Below, in pieces: positions 43,834 through 52,405 of a stretch of 61,319 nt of DNA (the first letter of the stretch is position 1; each line of letters starts with the position of its first letter). The position numbers and the translations under genes were made by a program. The notes below the pieces were generated by a model. It was not told the origin of the DNA, made no database searches, and worked only from the letters and a program-made list of their open reading frames with translations. Source of the stretch: a virus; IMG/VR virus record IMGVR_UViG_3300050821_006531; one strand, written 5' to 3'.

Positions 43834-44082
43834 TTACGAGTCCTCGTTCAAGTCGAAAGCATGACCAAGGTGCAAGAGGTGTGTCTGAGCTTCCTTCATG
43901 CTGGAGTGGATCGCAGACTCGGGCTCGTGGTACTCGCCGCCCTTGTGCTTCTTGTGGGTCTTGGAGATCAGACCGCCGTGAGCAACTTCGAACTCGATCC
44001 GATGTGGGTGGCCTGAGACTTCGTGCTCGCGGTTGACGCTGCTGTCAGCCTTCTTGACCGCGATTGCGCCGGACTTCGCCAC
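43834..44082 (-). CDS. Small His-rich protein
   Basis: GTG start. Reads HEVSGHPHRIEFEVAHGG...THKKHKGGEYHEPE...THLLHLGH. Confidence 0.5.
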   Translation of the reverse strand: MAKSGAIAVKKADSSVNREHEVSGHPHRIEFEVAHGGLISKTHKKHKGGEYHEPESAIHSSMKEAQTHLLHLGHAFDLNEDS

Positions 44083-44084
44083 GG

Positions 44085-44309
44085 TTACTTCTTACCTCCG
44101 TGGTGGAAACTCTTGAGGGTCTCAGCCAAGCGGGCGCGCTTACCGAGTTTGCCGCCGGCCTTCTCGGCGCGGCGCAGAGTCTTCTCGGGGATTTTCTTCC
44201 CTTCGGAAATACCCAGCTCGCGGTGGAGTGCTCCGGGCTTCTTAATCGCGCCTTGAATCCATTTCTCGGACAACGGATCACCCCCTTTACGACTTACTCC
44301 ACACAGCAA
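44085..44309 (-). CDS. Small basic protein (KKPGALHRELGI type); start uncertain
   Basis: IKKPGALHRELGISEGKKIPEKTLRRAEKAGGKLGKRARLAETLK. The 5' end overlaps the upstream gene. Confidence 0.45.
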   Translation of the reverse strand: MLCGVSRKGGDPLSEKWIQGAIKKPGALHRELGISEGKKIPEKTLRRAEKAGGKLGKRARLAETLKSFHHGGKK

Positions 44310-44583
44310 TCAGTTCGTTCACCATGGGCGCGGACGAGCTGATTGTCAGCGTCACATTCGCACCGTTGGTGTAAGTGATACCTGTAATCAGTGACGCCGA
44401 TGACGTTGACCCCAGCGGGTTCCCGGCCTGGGTCACCTTCTGGATGTCAATGAACATGATGTTGTTCTGGCCTGTGGCGAGCGTCGAGCCGGAAGCCCCA
44501 GTGATATTGAAGAACCGAACGATCAGGTCGCCGATTACGTGCCGGTTGCCATACTGCGAGTTGTTGACGGTAACGGCTGCCAT
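44287..44583 (-). CDS. Small beta-rich virion protein
   Basis: 98 aa, immediately after the decoration-like gene. Confidence 0.5.
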   Translation of the reverse strand: MAAVTVNNSQYGNRHVIGDLIVRFFNITGASGSTLATGQNNIMFIDIQKVTQAGNPLGSTSSASLITGITYTNGANVTLTISSSAPMVNELIAVWSKS

Positions 44584-44604
44584 TCAAATGTCTCCCTTAC
44601 TGCA

Positions 44605-45189
44605 CTACTGGATGAACCCGAGCTGAACGTCTACCGGGGCCTGGGAACTGGTGATTGTCGAAGAGGCAAAAACACCAACAGGTTGGGACACAGGCGCGGT
44701 ATTGACACCTGTGGTGTAGACCACACGCGAGGTGTTCGCAGTCGTGTCAGCAGTTGCGACCGCGCCGATCAGGGCGGAGTTGGCCGCTACATTGATCTGG
44801 CCTTGAATCAGCAAGTCGCACATATAGAGCACGGGCTGACCGGTTGAATCATTGGTGCCGGGCGCGGTGGATACAGCGACAGTGAAAATTCCGGCTACGC
44901 GATTGATTGCGCCGGATGGGCCAACGTCGCACATGCGCTTGTCGTTCGTGACTGTGGCAGTTGCCTGGTTCTTCCAGAATGCGAGCTGGCCGGCAGCAAC
45001 AGCACCAACAGGAGTTGAGGCAGTCGCGCCAGAGTCGAGTTGCACGCGAAGATACGCGGAGCCGGTGTTCTGGTCATTGAAGGCACAGCCGAGTTCTCCC
45101 GGAGCGTAGTAGGGTGACTTCGCGTTTGTTGCCGTGGGCACGCCGTTGGGCATGTACGGTGTGGAAATTCTTGGGTAGACTTGAGCCAT
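44605..45189 (-). CDS. Putative capsid accessory/decoration protein
   Basis: 194 aa directly downstream of the capsid gene, with a Thr/Ser/Ala-rich C-terminus. Confidence 0.5.
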   Translation of the reverse strand: MAQVYPRISTPYMPNGVPTATNAKSPYYAPGELGCAFNDQNTGSAYLRVQLDSGATASTPVGAVAAGQLAFWKNQATATVTNDKRMCDVGPSGAINRVAGIFTVAVSTAPGTNDSTGQPVLYMCDLLIQGQINVAANSALIGAVATADTTANTSRVVYTTGVNTAPVSQPVGVFASSTITSSQAPVDVQLGFIQ

Positions 45190-45229
45190 GAACTTTGTCT
45201 CTCCTGGGTCTGTAAATTACTGATTCTAA

Positions 45230-46339
45230 TCAACTTTGGAAGTTCATCCCGTATGTGTGGTACCCCGGCAACACTGTCAGGTTGTGTGCCAAAAGCACCT
45301 TGCCCACAATCTTGGTGTTCCCGGCGCTCGGGATAAACCCGTCGTCGTCCAAGCTGCCGTTGAACGGAGCCTGCTTGGAAATCCGGTACTTGATCATGGG
45401 CTTGCGCACATTCATGATCCAGATGCTTTCACCCGTCGAGTTGCCGGACAGGGTCGGGTAGGCGGTGACCGCGCCTCCGGTGGTGTAGCTGAAGTACCGG
45501 ACAGCCACCCGGTCGTTGGTGCCGGACGAGGCCGACAGGTACGACCCTGGCACATACCGGGATGCCATGATTACCGCACCGTCGTATTCCAGGCCCCGGA
45601 AGCCGCCCTTGGCGACAGAGACATTCTGGAACCGTTGCTGGGTCTGGTAGTTGGACCGGATGTACCCAAAGCCCTTGACCGTGGTCATGATGACGTTGGG
45701 CTCGTACTCGCCTGAGCCGAAGTTGACTGACTGGTACATGTTTTCAAGAAGAGGGAGAGTGATTGAGCCGCCCCCGAAATTGGTCGGAGCCGGAGCGAGC
45801 ATACGACCACCGTAGTTGGCGCGGGTCAGCGTGCCGTAAACCGCATAGGCGTTGCCGTCCAGGCCCGAGGTGGTGCCATCCGACAGCGCCTCCATCAAGC
45901 CGTTGATGAGCTTGACGTAGTTGCCGGTCTGACCCTGGAGGTAGAGCTGGAGCGCGGTCTGCGCGCCGAGCTGCATATACGCCGAATCCACCCGCTCCTC
46001 GACCAGCTTGACGACCGCCAGCGGCCCGTTGTTCAAGACCTTGATGTCTTCCTTGTAGAACGGAATCATCACGGTCTGGTACTTGGGGTCAAAGCGGAGC
46101 TGCTGCTCGATTTGCCGCTGGTCGGCGGGCAGGTCCTGGCCCTTGGAGTACGAACCGCCATCCTGCACATCGTACTCGATGTTGTCGTTCCAGGTGGAAC
46201 CGCCCTCGACTTCGTCCAGGCATTGCTCGTCGAGCATGGACATGAGCGGGTCTTTGTTGAAGACCAGGTCGCGGAGCTTGGGCTGCTCGTCGATGTAGCG
46301 TCGAGTCGTTACTTCGATTTGACTGAGAGTGTCAGGCAC
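45230..46339 (-). CDS. Putative major capsid protein
   Basis: 369 aa. Assigned by its position after the scaffold-like gene and by its size. Confidence 0.6.
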   Translation of the reverse strand: MPDTLSQIEVTTRRYIDEQPKLRDLVFNKDPLMSMLDEQCLDEVEGGSTWNDNIEYDVQDGGSYSKGQDLPADQRQIEQQLRFDPKYQTVMIPFYKEDIKVLNNGPLAVVKLVEERVDSAYMQLGAQTALQLYLQGQTGNYVKLINGLMEALSDGTTSGLDGNAYAVYGTLTRANYGGRMLAPAPTNFGGGSITLPLLENMYQSVNFGSGEYEPNVIMTTVKGFGYIRSNYQTQQRFQNVSVAKGGFRGLEYDGAVIMASRYVPGSYLSASSGTNDRVAVRYFSYTTGGAVTAYPTLSGNSTGESIWIMNVRKPMIKYRISKQAPFNGSLDDDGFIPSAGNTKIVGKVLLAHNLTVLPGYHTYGMNFQS

Positions 46340-46371
46340 GTAAATACCTCATTCCAAAGGACTTAGTCCAG

Positions 46372-47187
46372 TTAATTGGCCTTGCTACTATCTCCAAAAC
46401 CTTCGTACTTGCCAGTCATGGCTGCTGCAACCACGCTTTCGCGGTTGTAGACCGGCTTCTTGTCGGCGGTTACAGGCTCCCGACGACGTAGCCCCTGGGC
46501 CTCGCCCGAGCCGCTACCTGAGTCAGCACCGGCAGGGAAGAACGTCGAAGCGGACTTCTTGCGCTCGGCTTCAAGGCGAGCCTGGACACGCTTCTCGACT
46601 TCCTTCTCGTCAGCCTGCTCCTTGAGCTTCTTGGCCTCGGGGGCGATCCACTCGTCGTAGGCCCCGGCGAGGTCGCCGTTGCGGGTTGCAGCCAACTCGC
46701 TGACTTTGTCCCAGTCGATGTCTTGTTTATAGCCGGCACGCATGTGGCGCTCGATGAGCTGGCCAGAGCCTTTGAGAAGCTGGGTCCAGCGCGGGGCGTA
46801 GTTGGTCTGGATTTGTTCGTTGACCAGGCGCGCGACTTCGTCCTTGGTCAGACCGCCCCCGCCCGCAGCCTGGGGTGTGCCGGGCTTCGGCGCGGACAAG
46901 TCACCGTACTGCGCCTTGTAGGCTTCGACGTCAGCCTGGAGTTTCTGCACGGCAGCGTAGTTGTCCTGGTACCACTTCTGGTACTGGCTCGCACCCGGCT
47001 TGTCCTTGGTGCCGTTGAGGGACATTTCAAGGTCGGCGGCACGGCTTTCGAGCTGGTCGTACTCGGCCTTGCGGACCAGAGCGGTCTGTTTGTTGGCAGC
47101 AGCATCGTCCGACATCAACCGCTTGGCATCATCAGAACTGAGACCCGCTGTTTCTGTCAAGTACTGGTAAACTTCTTTGTACGTCAC
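46372..47187 (-). CDS. Putative scaffolding protein
   Basis: 271 aa, charged and helix-prone (KAEYDQLESRAADLEMSL, KLKEQADEKEVEKRVQARLEAERKK). Located between portal and capsid. Confidence 0.6.
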   Translation of the reverse strand: MTYKEVYQYLTETAGLSSDDAKRLMSDDAAANKQTALVRKAEYDQLESRAADLEMSLNGTKDKPGASQYQKWYQDNYAAVQKLQADVEAYKAQYGDLSAPKPGTPQAAGGGGLTKDEVARLVNEQIQTNYAPRWTQLLKGSGQLIERHMRAGYKQDIDWDKVSELAATRNGDLAGAYDEWIAPEAKKLKEQADEKEVEKRVQARLEAERKKSASTFFPAGADSGSGSGEAQGLRRREPVTADKKPVYNRESVVAAAMTGKYEGFGDSSKAN

Positions 47188-47561
47188 TGGTTAGGTCCTC
47201 CGACTGGAGCGAGGCCGCCGCCGGGGCCACCCGGACCACCCAAGCCCCCGCCCGGAGTAGGGCCGGGCGCGGGACCGGTTGGTTGAAGAGCTTGTTGAGC
47301 CGCCATGGGCAACAAAGACTGGGCCAGAGCCACGATCTGACCGCATACCTGCTCAGCTCCCGGCACACTACCGGACTGGACAATCTGCTTGCATGCCGCG
47401 TTGATGCTGTCTACTGCGTTCTTGACTGGAGCGATTCCGCTCATGATGGAAGCGAGGAAAGACGGGGGCGTGGAAGGTCCAGACCCGCCCCCGTTCGCCG
47501 AGAAGTCCGGCAGCGGTGGAAGCTGGGAAGCGGAAGCGGTGGATGGTGTAACAGGGTCCAT
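47184..47561 (-). CDS. Pro/Gly-rich hypothetical protein
   Basis: 125 aa, GTGA-coupled to the scaffold gene. Confidence 0.45.
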   Translation of the reverse strand: MDPVTPSTASASQLPPLPDFSANGGGSGPSTPPSFLASIMSGIAPVKNAVDSINAACKQIVQSGSVPGAEQVCGQIVALAQSLLPMAAQQALQPTGPAPGPTPGGGLGGPGGPGGGLAPVGGPNQ

Positions 47562-47565
47562 TGCG

Positions 47566-47754
47566 TCAGTGAGTCATCGCGTCGTGCGCGGGAGACATTT
47601 CCTTGCCAAATTTCTTGTGGTGCTTGCCGACTTTCGCGCCGAAGCCTTTTTCTTTCTTGCCGAAGCCCGGCTGGCCCTTGGAGCCCATGCCACCGTGTTT
47701 CGCACCCATGCCGCCGTGCTTGGCCTTGTGCTCACCGTGTCCTTCGTGTTTCAC
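47566..47754 (-). CDS. His/Gly/Lys-rich 62-aa protein
   Basis: GTG start with AAGGAG 7 nt upstream. Contains AKHGGMG twice. Confidence 0.5.
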   Translation of the reverse strand: MKHEGHGEHKAKHGGMGAKHGGMGSKGQPGFGKKEKGFGAKVGKHHKKFGKEMSPAHDAMTH

Positions 47755-47948
47755 GTGGTTGCTCCTTTGGCTCGTAGCTTCGACAGGGACTGTTCCAACT
47801 TGGATGCTTTGGAACCTAGCTTACCGGGAGACCCGGCTTTCTTGCGTGCGAACGAACTTACTGCACCGGCGCTGGCCAGCTTGGGCTTGGAGAGCTTGGG
47901 TGCCAGGGAAGTACTGGTGCTACCGGTATCGTTGTCGTCCCATGCCAT
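47751..47948 (-). CDS. Small Ser/Lys/Ala-rich protein
   Basis: 65 aa, the first gene after the promoter-like box that follows the portal gene. Confidence 0.4.
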   Translation of the reverse strand: MAWDDNDTGSTSTSLAPKLSKPKLASAGAVSSFARKKAGSPGKLGSKASKLEQSLSKLRAKGATT

Positions 47949-47996
47949 TGATTGGAAGAATACGCGAGTAGGGACAGGGCTGTCAAGTTATTGAAA

Positions 47997-48013
47997 AGTT
48001 TAACCTTTAAACC
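47997..48013 (-). promoter_or_regulatory. TAGGTTAAACT-box variant downstream of the portal stop
   Basis: The minus strand reads ggtttaaaggttaaact, 50 nt upstream of the 47948 start. Confidence 0.4.
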
Positions 48014-48019
48014 ACACGC

Positions 48020-49978
48020 TCAGGAGGTCTTCAGAGTCACGTCCCCGGCCCCATCGTTTGAGAGCTTGGGAGGCGCTTCGTCAGTGGCTTTGCGGCCTTG
48101 AGCGTTCGCAATCATGCCAATGCCAAGCTGGGCCTGGAGCTGGAGCCGACTGAGTTCATCGTTGGGCACTTGCAGACTTGGCGGCGCGAAGTTCATCTTG
48201 CCCAAATTCTCCATCAGAGTGAACACCGACAGGTAACCCATCTTGCTCAGCATCAGATCTTCCATGCGTTCTTGCATGGCGGCACTGTTGAGCAGGCTGC
48301 CGGGCTTGAACGTAAACGTGAACGAGTCGAACATTTGCCGGGCACGCATATACTGCGGGCGCGGATTGTCGGCGGCGAGCGCGTCTTCGGTCGCGCCGAT
48401 GTCGCCGGGGGTGCCGTCCGGCACGTCGTCAGGAATGAAGGTTCCGGGGTCGTAGTCGAAGTCCTCGGGAGTGACGGCTTGTGGGCCAAACTTAGCAACT
48501 CGCTTGGAGATCGTGTCGAACTCGGCAATGCAGTAGAGGTATTGCTCGGCGAAGTCTTTCATGAATCCTTCAAGGATTCGGGACCGGAGGCGGTTCCCCG
48601 GCGTCATCATTTTCATGAGAGTGTCGAGAGTGTCGTCGGAGGGGAGCTGGCCGAGTTGGCTGACCTGGGTCATGTCGGCGGTGCCGGACAGCTTCTGAAT
48701 CATTGTCTCGATCCAGTTGACGTGCTGCCAGAGGGACTGCTGAAGAGGCGGTTCGACTTGGATTTGGATGCCCTTGCCGGCCGCCATGTTGGTACGGATC
48801 TGGTAGCCAGGGGTGCGGGAGTTGAACTTGTTGAGTTCGGCGCGCGAGACGTTGCGGTCAGCCACGACGCCAGGCTGGGCCAGCTTCGCCGCGTGGTCAT
48901 CAATCACACGCAACAAGCTGTTCAAGCTTTCGTTCAGGGGCATCACGTCCCACAGCGGGGCCTTGCCGAGCCAGGACATCGGCCACGGGTTGAGAGTCAG
49001 CTTCAGCAGTGGGAACTGTGCGTGCCAGTACGGACTCGTGTCGTCGTAGAGCAGGCAGTTGCCACCCCAGACAATCAGTCGTTTGAACGGGTAGAGCGGC
49101 GCGCCGGGCGGGACTTGGTACGACCAGGGAGCGGTGGGCTCACCGTCCTTCCACGGACCCATGTACTGGGTTTTGTTCGACTCGTTCGTGCGTGTGTCGT
49201 TCAAGTACATCGTGTTGACGAACACGGTGGGAGTCGCGGGGATTGGTTGGTCGTCGCCGCGCGACTTGCTGAGCGGCCCGGAGTGCTTGTTCTTGGACGT
49301 GCCGCCGAAGGTGCGGGTGAACCAGCCAAACATGCCAGCACTGCCAATGTCTGGCTTTACGTCCTTGCCGTATTCGGCCTGAACCCAATGCGGGGTGCGC
49401 GGCTGACGCAGAATTACCCCGAGCGCGTCTTGGATCGAGTGGTAGGAAATGGGTTCGATCGGGAAGACATTGCGCGGGTCGAGTGCTTCGAGCATCATGT
49501 CTTCGAGGCGACGGTTGTAGTAGAGGTGGCCCCAACCGGTGCCTGCGATTGTGTAGTAGCGCACAAGGTCAGCGAGGCGCAGGTCGATGTTGCGGGAGGT
49601 GTACCAGTCTTCCGCTTCCTTGTTGCAGATTCTGGCCTGGGACTCGTACTTCGGGTTGCGGGTCGCGTAGTTCCAGAAGATGCGGGTGTCGGTCAGGTCA
49701 GCGGTTAAGTCCTCGGCTGTTTTGGCGCAGAGGTTGGCACGGGTGCGGGACAGGGGTTTCGGGGTCGGGACGTACGAAGCCCCGGACTCGCGTTCGTACG
49801 AGAAGATGGAGTTGAGAGCGTTGTCGATCTTGTCAAAGCCCACGGCGGCCTCGACGAACCTGCGGCCTTCCTGCAAGCGCGACTCACACCACTCTAACGT
49901 TTGGTAGTCGCGGGTGCCAGGCTTGACCTCGTCAGCTTCGACGCGGGCGTCGGGGAGTCCGTAGAAGTCGTTGGGCAT
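48020..49978 (-). CDS. Putative portal protein
   Basis: 652 aa, the first large gene after the terminase block. Confidence 0.65.
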   Translation of the reverse strand: MPNDFYGLPDARVEADEVKPGTRDYQTLEWCESRLQEGRRFVEAAVGFDKIDNALNSIFSYERESGASYVPTPKPLSRTRANLCAKTAEDLTADLTDTRIFWNYATRNPKYESQARICNKEAEDWYTSRNIDLRLADLVRYYTIAGTGWGHLYYNRRLEDMMLEALDPRNVFPIEPISYHSIQDALGVILRQPRTPHWVQAEYGKDVKPDIGSAGMFGWFTRTFGGTSKNKHSGPLSKSRGDDQPIPATPTVFVNTMYLNDTRTNESNKTQYMGPWKDGEPTAPWSYQVPPGAPLYPFKRLIVWGGNCLLYDDTSPYWHAQFPLLKLTLNPWPMSWLGKAPLWDVMPLNESLNSLLRVIDDHAAKLAQPGVVADRNVSRAELNKFNSRTPGYQIRTNMAAGKGIQIQVEPPLQQSLWQHVNWIETMIQKLSGTADMTQVSQLGQLPSDDTLDTLMKMMTPGNRLRSRILEGFMKDFAEQYLYCIAEFDTISKRVAKFGPQAVTPEDFDYDPGTFIPDDVPDGTPGDIGATEDALAADNPRPQYMRARQMFDSFTFTFKPGSLLNSAAMQERMEDLMLSKMGYLSVFTLMENLGKMNFAPPSLQVPNDELSRLQLQAQLGIGMIANAQGRKATDEAPPKLSNDGAGDVTLKTS

Positions 49979-50012
49979 TAGCCCGATTGTACGCTAGAAC
50001 GCGCGGAAACTA

Positions 50013-50417
50013 CTATGCTGGCTGGTCCAGTCCCTTGGGCTGCGGGGCATCGAGCGCTGGGGCACATACGTCACGCTCAGCCCCACCGTTGTTACCGTAA
50101 CTCGAAGCTTCGTGTACACGCCCGCTCGACTTCTCAAACTGAAGCATGTTGGTGATTTCCTCACGTTCGTAGCCTTGACGAGCGTAGACTGCGGGGACTG
50201 GCTGGTCGGCACGGGCAGGGAAGCGGAGCTCGCCCGTGCGGGGGTTGCGGTAGACGACTGCTCGGCTGGAGGCGTGCGGGAGGGCGTGGCGCTCGCGGCG
50301 CGGCGTGCCGCAGTTGCCGCAGACTTCGTGAGACGGACCACGGTTGATGTGCTTGCAGGTACAAACCCAAAGGACTAACACGATAGTGCGCTGCCTCCCG
50401 GCAATGACTTTGAACAC
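50013..50417 (-). CDS. Hypothetical zinc-ribbon protein
   Basis: CTCKH...CGNCG; YRNPRTGELRFPARADQPVP. Confidence 0.5.
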   Translation of the reverse strand: MFKVIAGRQRTIVLVLWVCTCKHINRGPSHEVCGNCGTPRRERHALPHASSRAVVYRNPRTGELRFPARADQPVPAVYARQGYEREEITNMLQFEKSSGRVHEASSYGNNGGAERDVCAPALDAPQPKGLDQPA

Positions 50418-50426
50418 CCAGACATT

Positions 50427-50654
50427 CTAGAACACGGCGGTTTCAAGCGCCTTACGAAAGATGTTTTCCCAACAGTACAGAGCCAGGTCCTGCTTGTACG
50501 CACGCTTTTGCAAGCGTGTCAGCACGACTGGATCAATTCTAACGTAAGCGATTGCGCTGCCGTCCGGCTGGTCGAGGTCGATCACGCAGTTGGTGGGCCG
50601 GGCGGTGGCGGGTTTGGGCTTGGTGTGGATTGGGCGGTCTTGAACGGCTGGCAT
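50427..50654 (-). CDS. Hypothetical protein
   Basis: A 75-aa ORF. Confidence 0.45.
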   Translation of the reverse strand: MPAVQDRPIHTKPKPATARPTNCVIDLDQPDGSAIAYVRIDPVVLTRLQKRAYKQDLALYCWENIFRKALETAVF

Positions 50655-50715
50655 GTAGGCTAGTTTACCTCAAGAGGCGGATCATCTCGCAATCCGCCTC
50701 TTTCGTCTCAGGTTT

Positions 50716-50967
50716 CTAGGTCTTCGTCTCAGTTTTGGGAACTTCTACCGGAGTAAAGTCCACATACATCTCAGCCCCCAGCGGGAACTGCTCCCACGCT
50801 TTGTGATTAAGTGTACCAATCTCAATCGTGCCTGACGGCGTCCAGCGGAAGAACTGCTTGTTCTCGTCGCTGCCGTCCACCACCACTTGAAGCTTGATCC
50901 GGCGAAGCTCCTCGCCCCGATCCAAAAACGTCTCGTAACTGCTTACTCGGAATTTGCAACGTACCAT
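50716..50967 (-). CDS. Hypothetical phage protein
   Basis: MVRCKFRVSS...ENKQFFRWTPSGTIEIGT...YVDFTPV is a pattern common in small phage proteins. Confidence 0.55.
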   Translation of the reverse strand: MVRCKFRVSSYETFLDRGEELRRIKLQVVVDGSDENKQFFRWTPSGTIEIGTLNHKAWEQFPLGAEMYVDFTPVEVPKTETKT

Positions 50968-51017
50968 TTTAGTCTCCTTGAAAGATCGGACATTGGCTCA
51001 TTCCATGCCAAAGCCGT

Positions 51018-51917
51018 CTACCAGGAGTCTACCGCATCCGCCCAGGCGTCACGCACGCTACGGTACTCGCCAAGGACTGGCGCGTACTGCTGGTGGTCGA
51101 GGATTGCACGTTCGGTCACTGGCTCGTTGGTACGCTCGGGGTCATACGTCCACTTGTGAGCTGCCCAAAATAACATGTTGGCTGTTTGCAGCAGGTCGTC
51201 ATGCATCCCGTAAGCTGCCCGAGCCCGCATCTTCTCCACGTCCAGCACAGCGTTTGCGTACTCGGCCAGCAGCCAAGGCGAGTAAATCAGCGCTCGGTCT
51301 TCCATGAGATGCCGGCGCGAGCGGTACCAAAGAATCTTCTGCGTTTCGCGGCCCGAGTACCAGCCAATGTGCTGGGTTTGCTGAGCGACGTTGTCCGCAA
51401 TCTTCTCCCACTGCCACAGGTTCCCGTAGCCCAGGCGCAGGAGTTCTTGTAGGGTTAACATGCCGGGGCCTGGGTAGGACTCAAAAATAAACTCACACTG
51501 GTCGTCTTCGTCGCCGGCGTAGATACGGCCAAGGACGTTGGCTACGCGGGCCGCTTCGACTGCGTCGATTGGAGCGAAGTACTCGGCACACTGAACGTCC
51601 TGGTAGTAGAACTCCTGCTGGTTCGTCTGCTCGCTCAGCTTGGGGCTTCCGTCTTTGTTGTAACGGAGGACTTTGAAAGCGTCTACTTCGAAGATTTCAA
51701 TGGCGGCGTTGTCGGTCTTGTGGTCGCCTTCGGTGCGGCTGGACCGAGTCCAATTTGTAATTCCGACTGTCGGATCACACGACATTACATACTTGGCGTG
51801 GGGCCGGGGCTCGCGCCAGACGTGAACGAAACCGCGCGGGTCTTGGAGCACGCTCTCGTCGGACTCGATGGTGCGCAAGAGATTTGACCCTGCAACATGA
51901 TAACTGTCTAGAATCAT
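51018..51917 (-). CDS. terL: Large terminase, nuclease (RNase H-like) domain as a separate ORF
   Basis: YVMSCDPTVG, DNAAIEIFEV and AYGMHDDLLQTANM (acidic catalytic residues). ATGA coupling to the HNH gene. Confidence 0.7.
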   Translation of the reverse strand: MILDSYHVAGSNLLRTIESDESVLQDPRGFVHVWREPRPHAKYVMSCDPTVGITNWTRSSRTEGDHKTDNAAIEIFEVDAFKVLRYNKDGSPKLSEQTNQQEFYYQDVQCAEYFAPIDAVEAARVANVLGRIYAGDEDDQCEFIFESYPGPGMLTLQELLRLGYGNLWQWEKIADNVAQQTQHIGWYSGRETQKILWYRSRRHLMEDRALIYSPWLLAEYANAVLDVEKMRARAAYGMHDDLLQTANMLFWAAHKWTYDPERTNEPVTERAILDHQQYAPVLGEYRSVRDAWADAVDSW

Positions 51918-52387
51918 CCGCGCCTTCCATATTGGGCTTCTCGATACTGAACTGCATAGACAGTTCTAATTGCTACACCAAAATCCCGTGCTATTTCTGG
52001 AGCGGTGTCCCCTCGTGATCGACGCTGTCTTATCTCGGCAAGATCGGAGTCACTAAGACGTTTGTTGTATGAATGAAGTTCCTTGATCTTTCTTATACAC
52101 TTTGCAGAACCGCAGGTCTTAGCCCGCCCCCGCTTGGATTTTGGCGGGGCAAATTCTATACCACATATAAAACAGTTTTTTGTTGCTGGATGCCTGGTTC
52201 TGTGAAGCCGCTGGTGCTCCGATGCTGACAAGACCTCCAGATTCTCTAACCGGTTGTCTCTTTTGTTGTGATTCTTGTGATGAACGTGTTCCTTCGTATC
52301 TAATTTCCGTCCCAGATGTTTTTCCATGATAAGACGGTGCTCGCCCACTGGCTTGCCATTAACCCGAATGTTTTTGTAACTGTTCAT
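51914..52387 (-). CDS. HNH endonuclease
   Basis: EHRLIMEKHLGRKLDTKEHVHHKNHNKRDNRLENLEVLSASEHQRLH. Visibly more AT-rich than its flanks. Confidence 0.85.
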   Translation of the reverse strand: MNSYKNIRVNGKPVGEHRLIMEKHLGRKLDTKEHVHHKNHNKRDNRLENLEVLSASEHQRLHRTRHPATKNCFICGIEFAPPKSKRGRAKTCGSAKCIRKIKELHSYNKRLSDSDLAEIRQRRSRGDTAPEIARDFGVAIRTVYAVQYREAQYGRRG

Positions 52388-52405
52388 GTGGTACTCGCCT
52401 TGGAC

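Noticed and set aside
48098-49708. A 536-aa plus-strand ORF.
   Set aside because: It is antisense to the portal gene. Its product is Val/Arg/Gly/His-rich, as expected for a GC-rich shadow frame, with no RBS or operon context.
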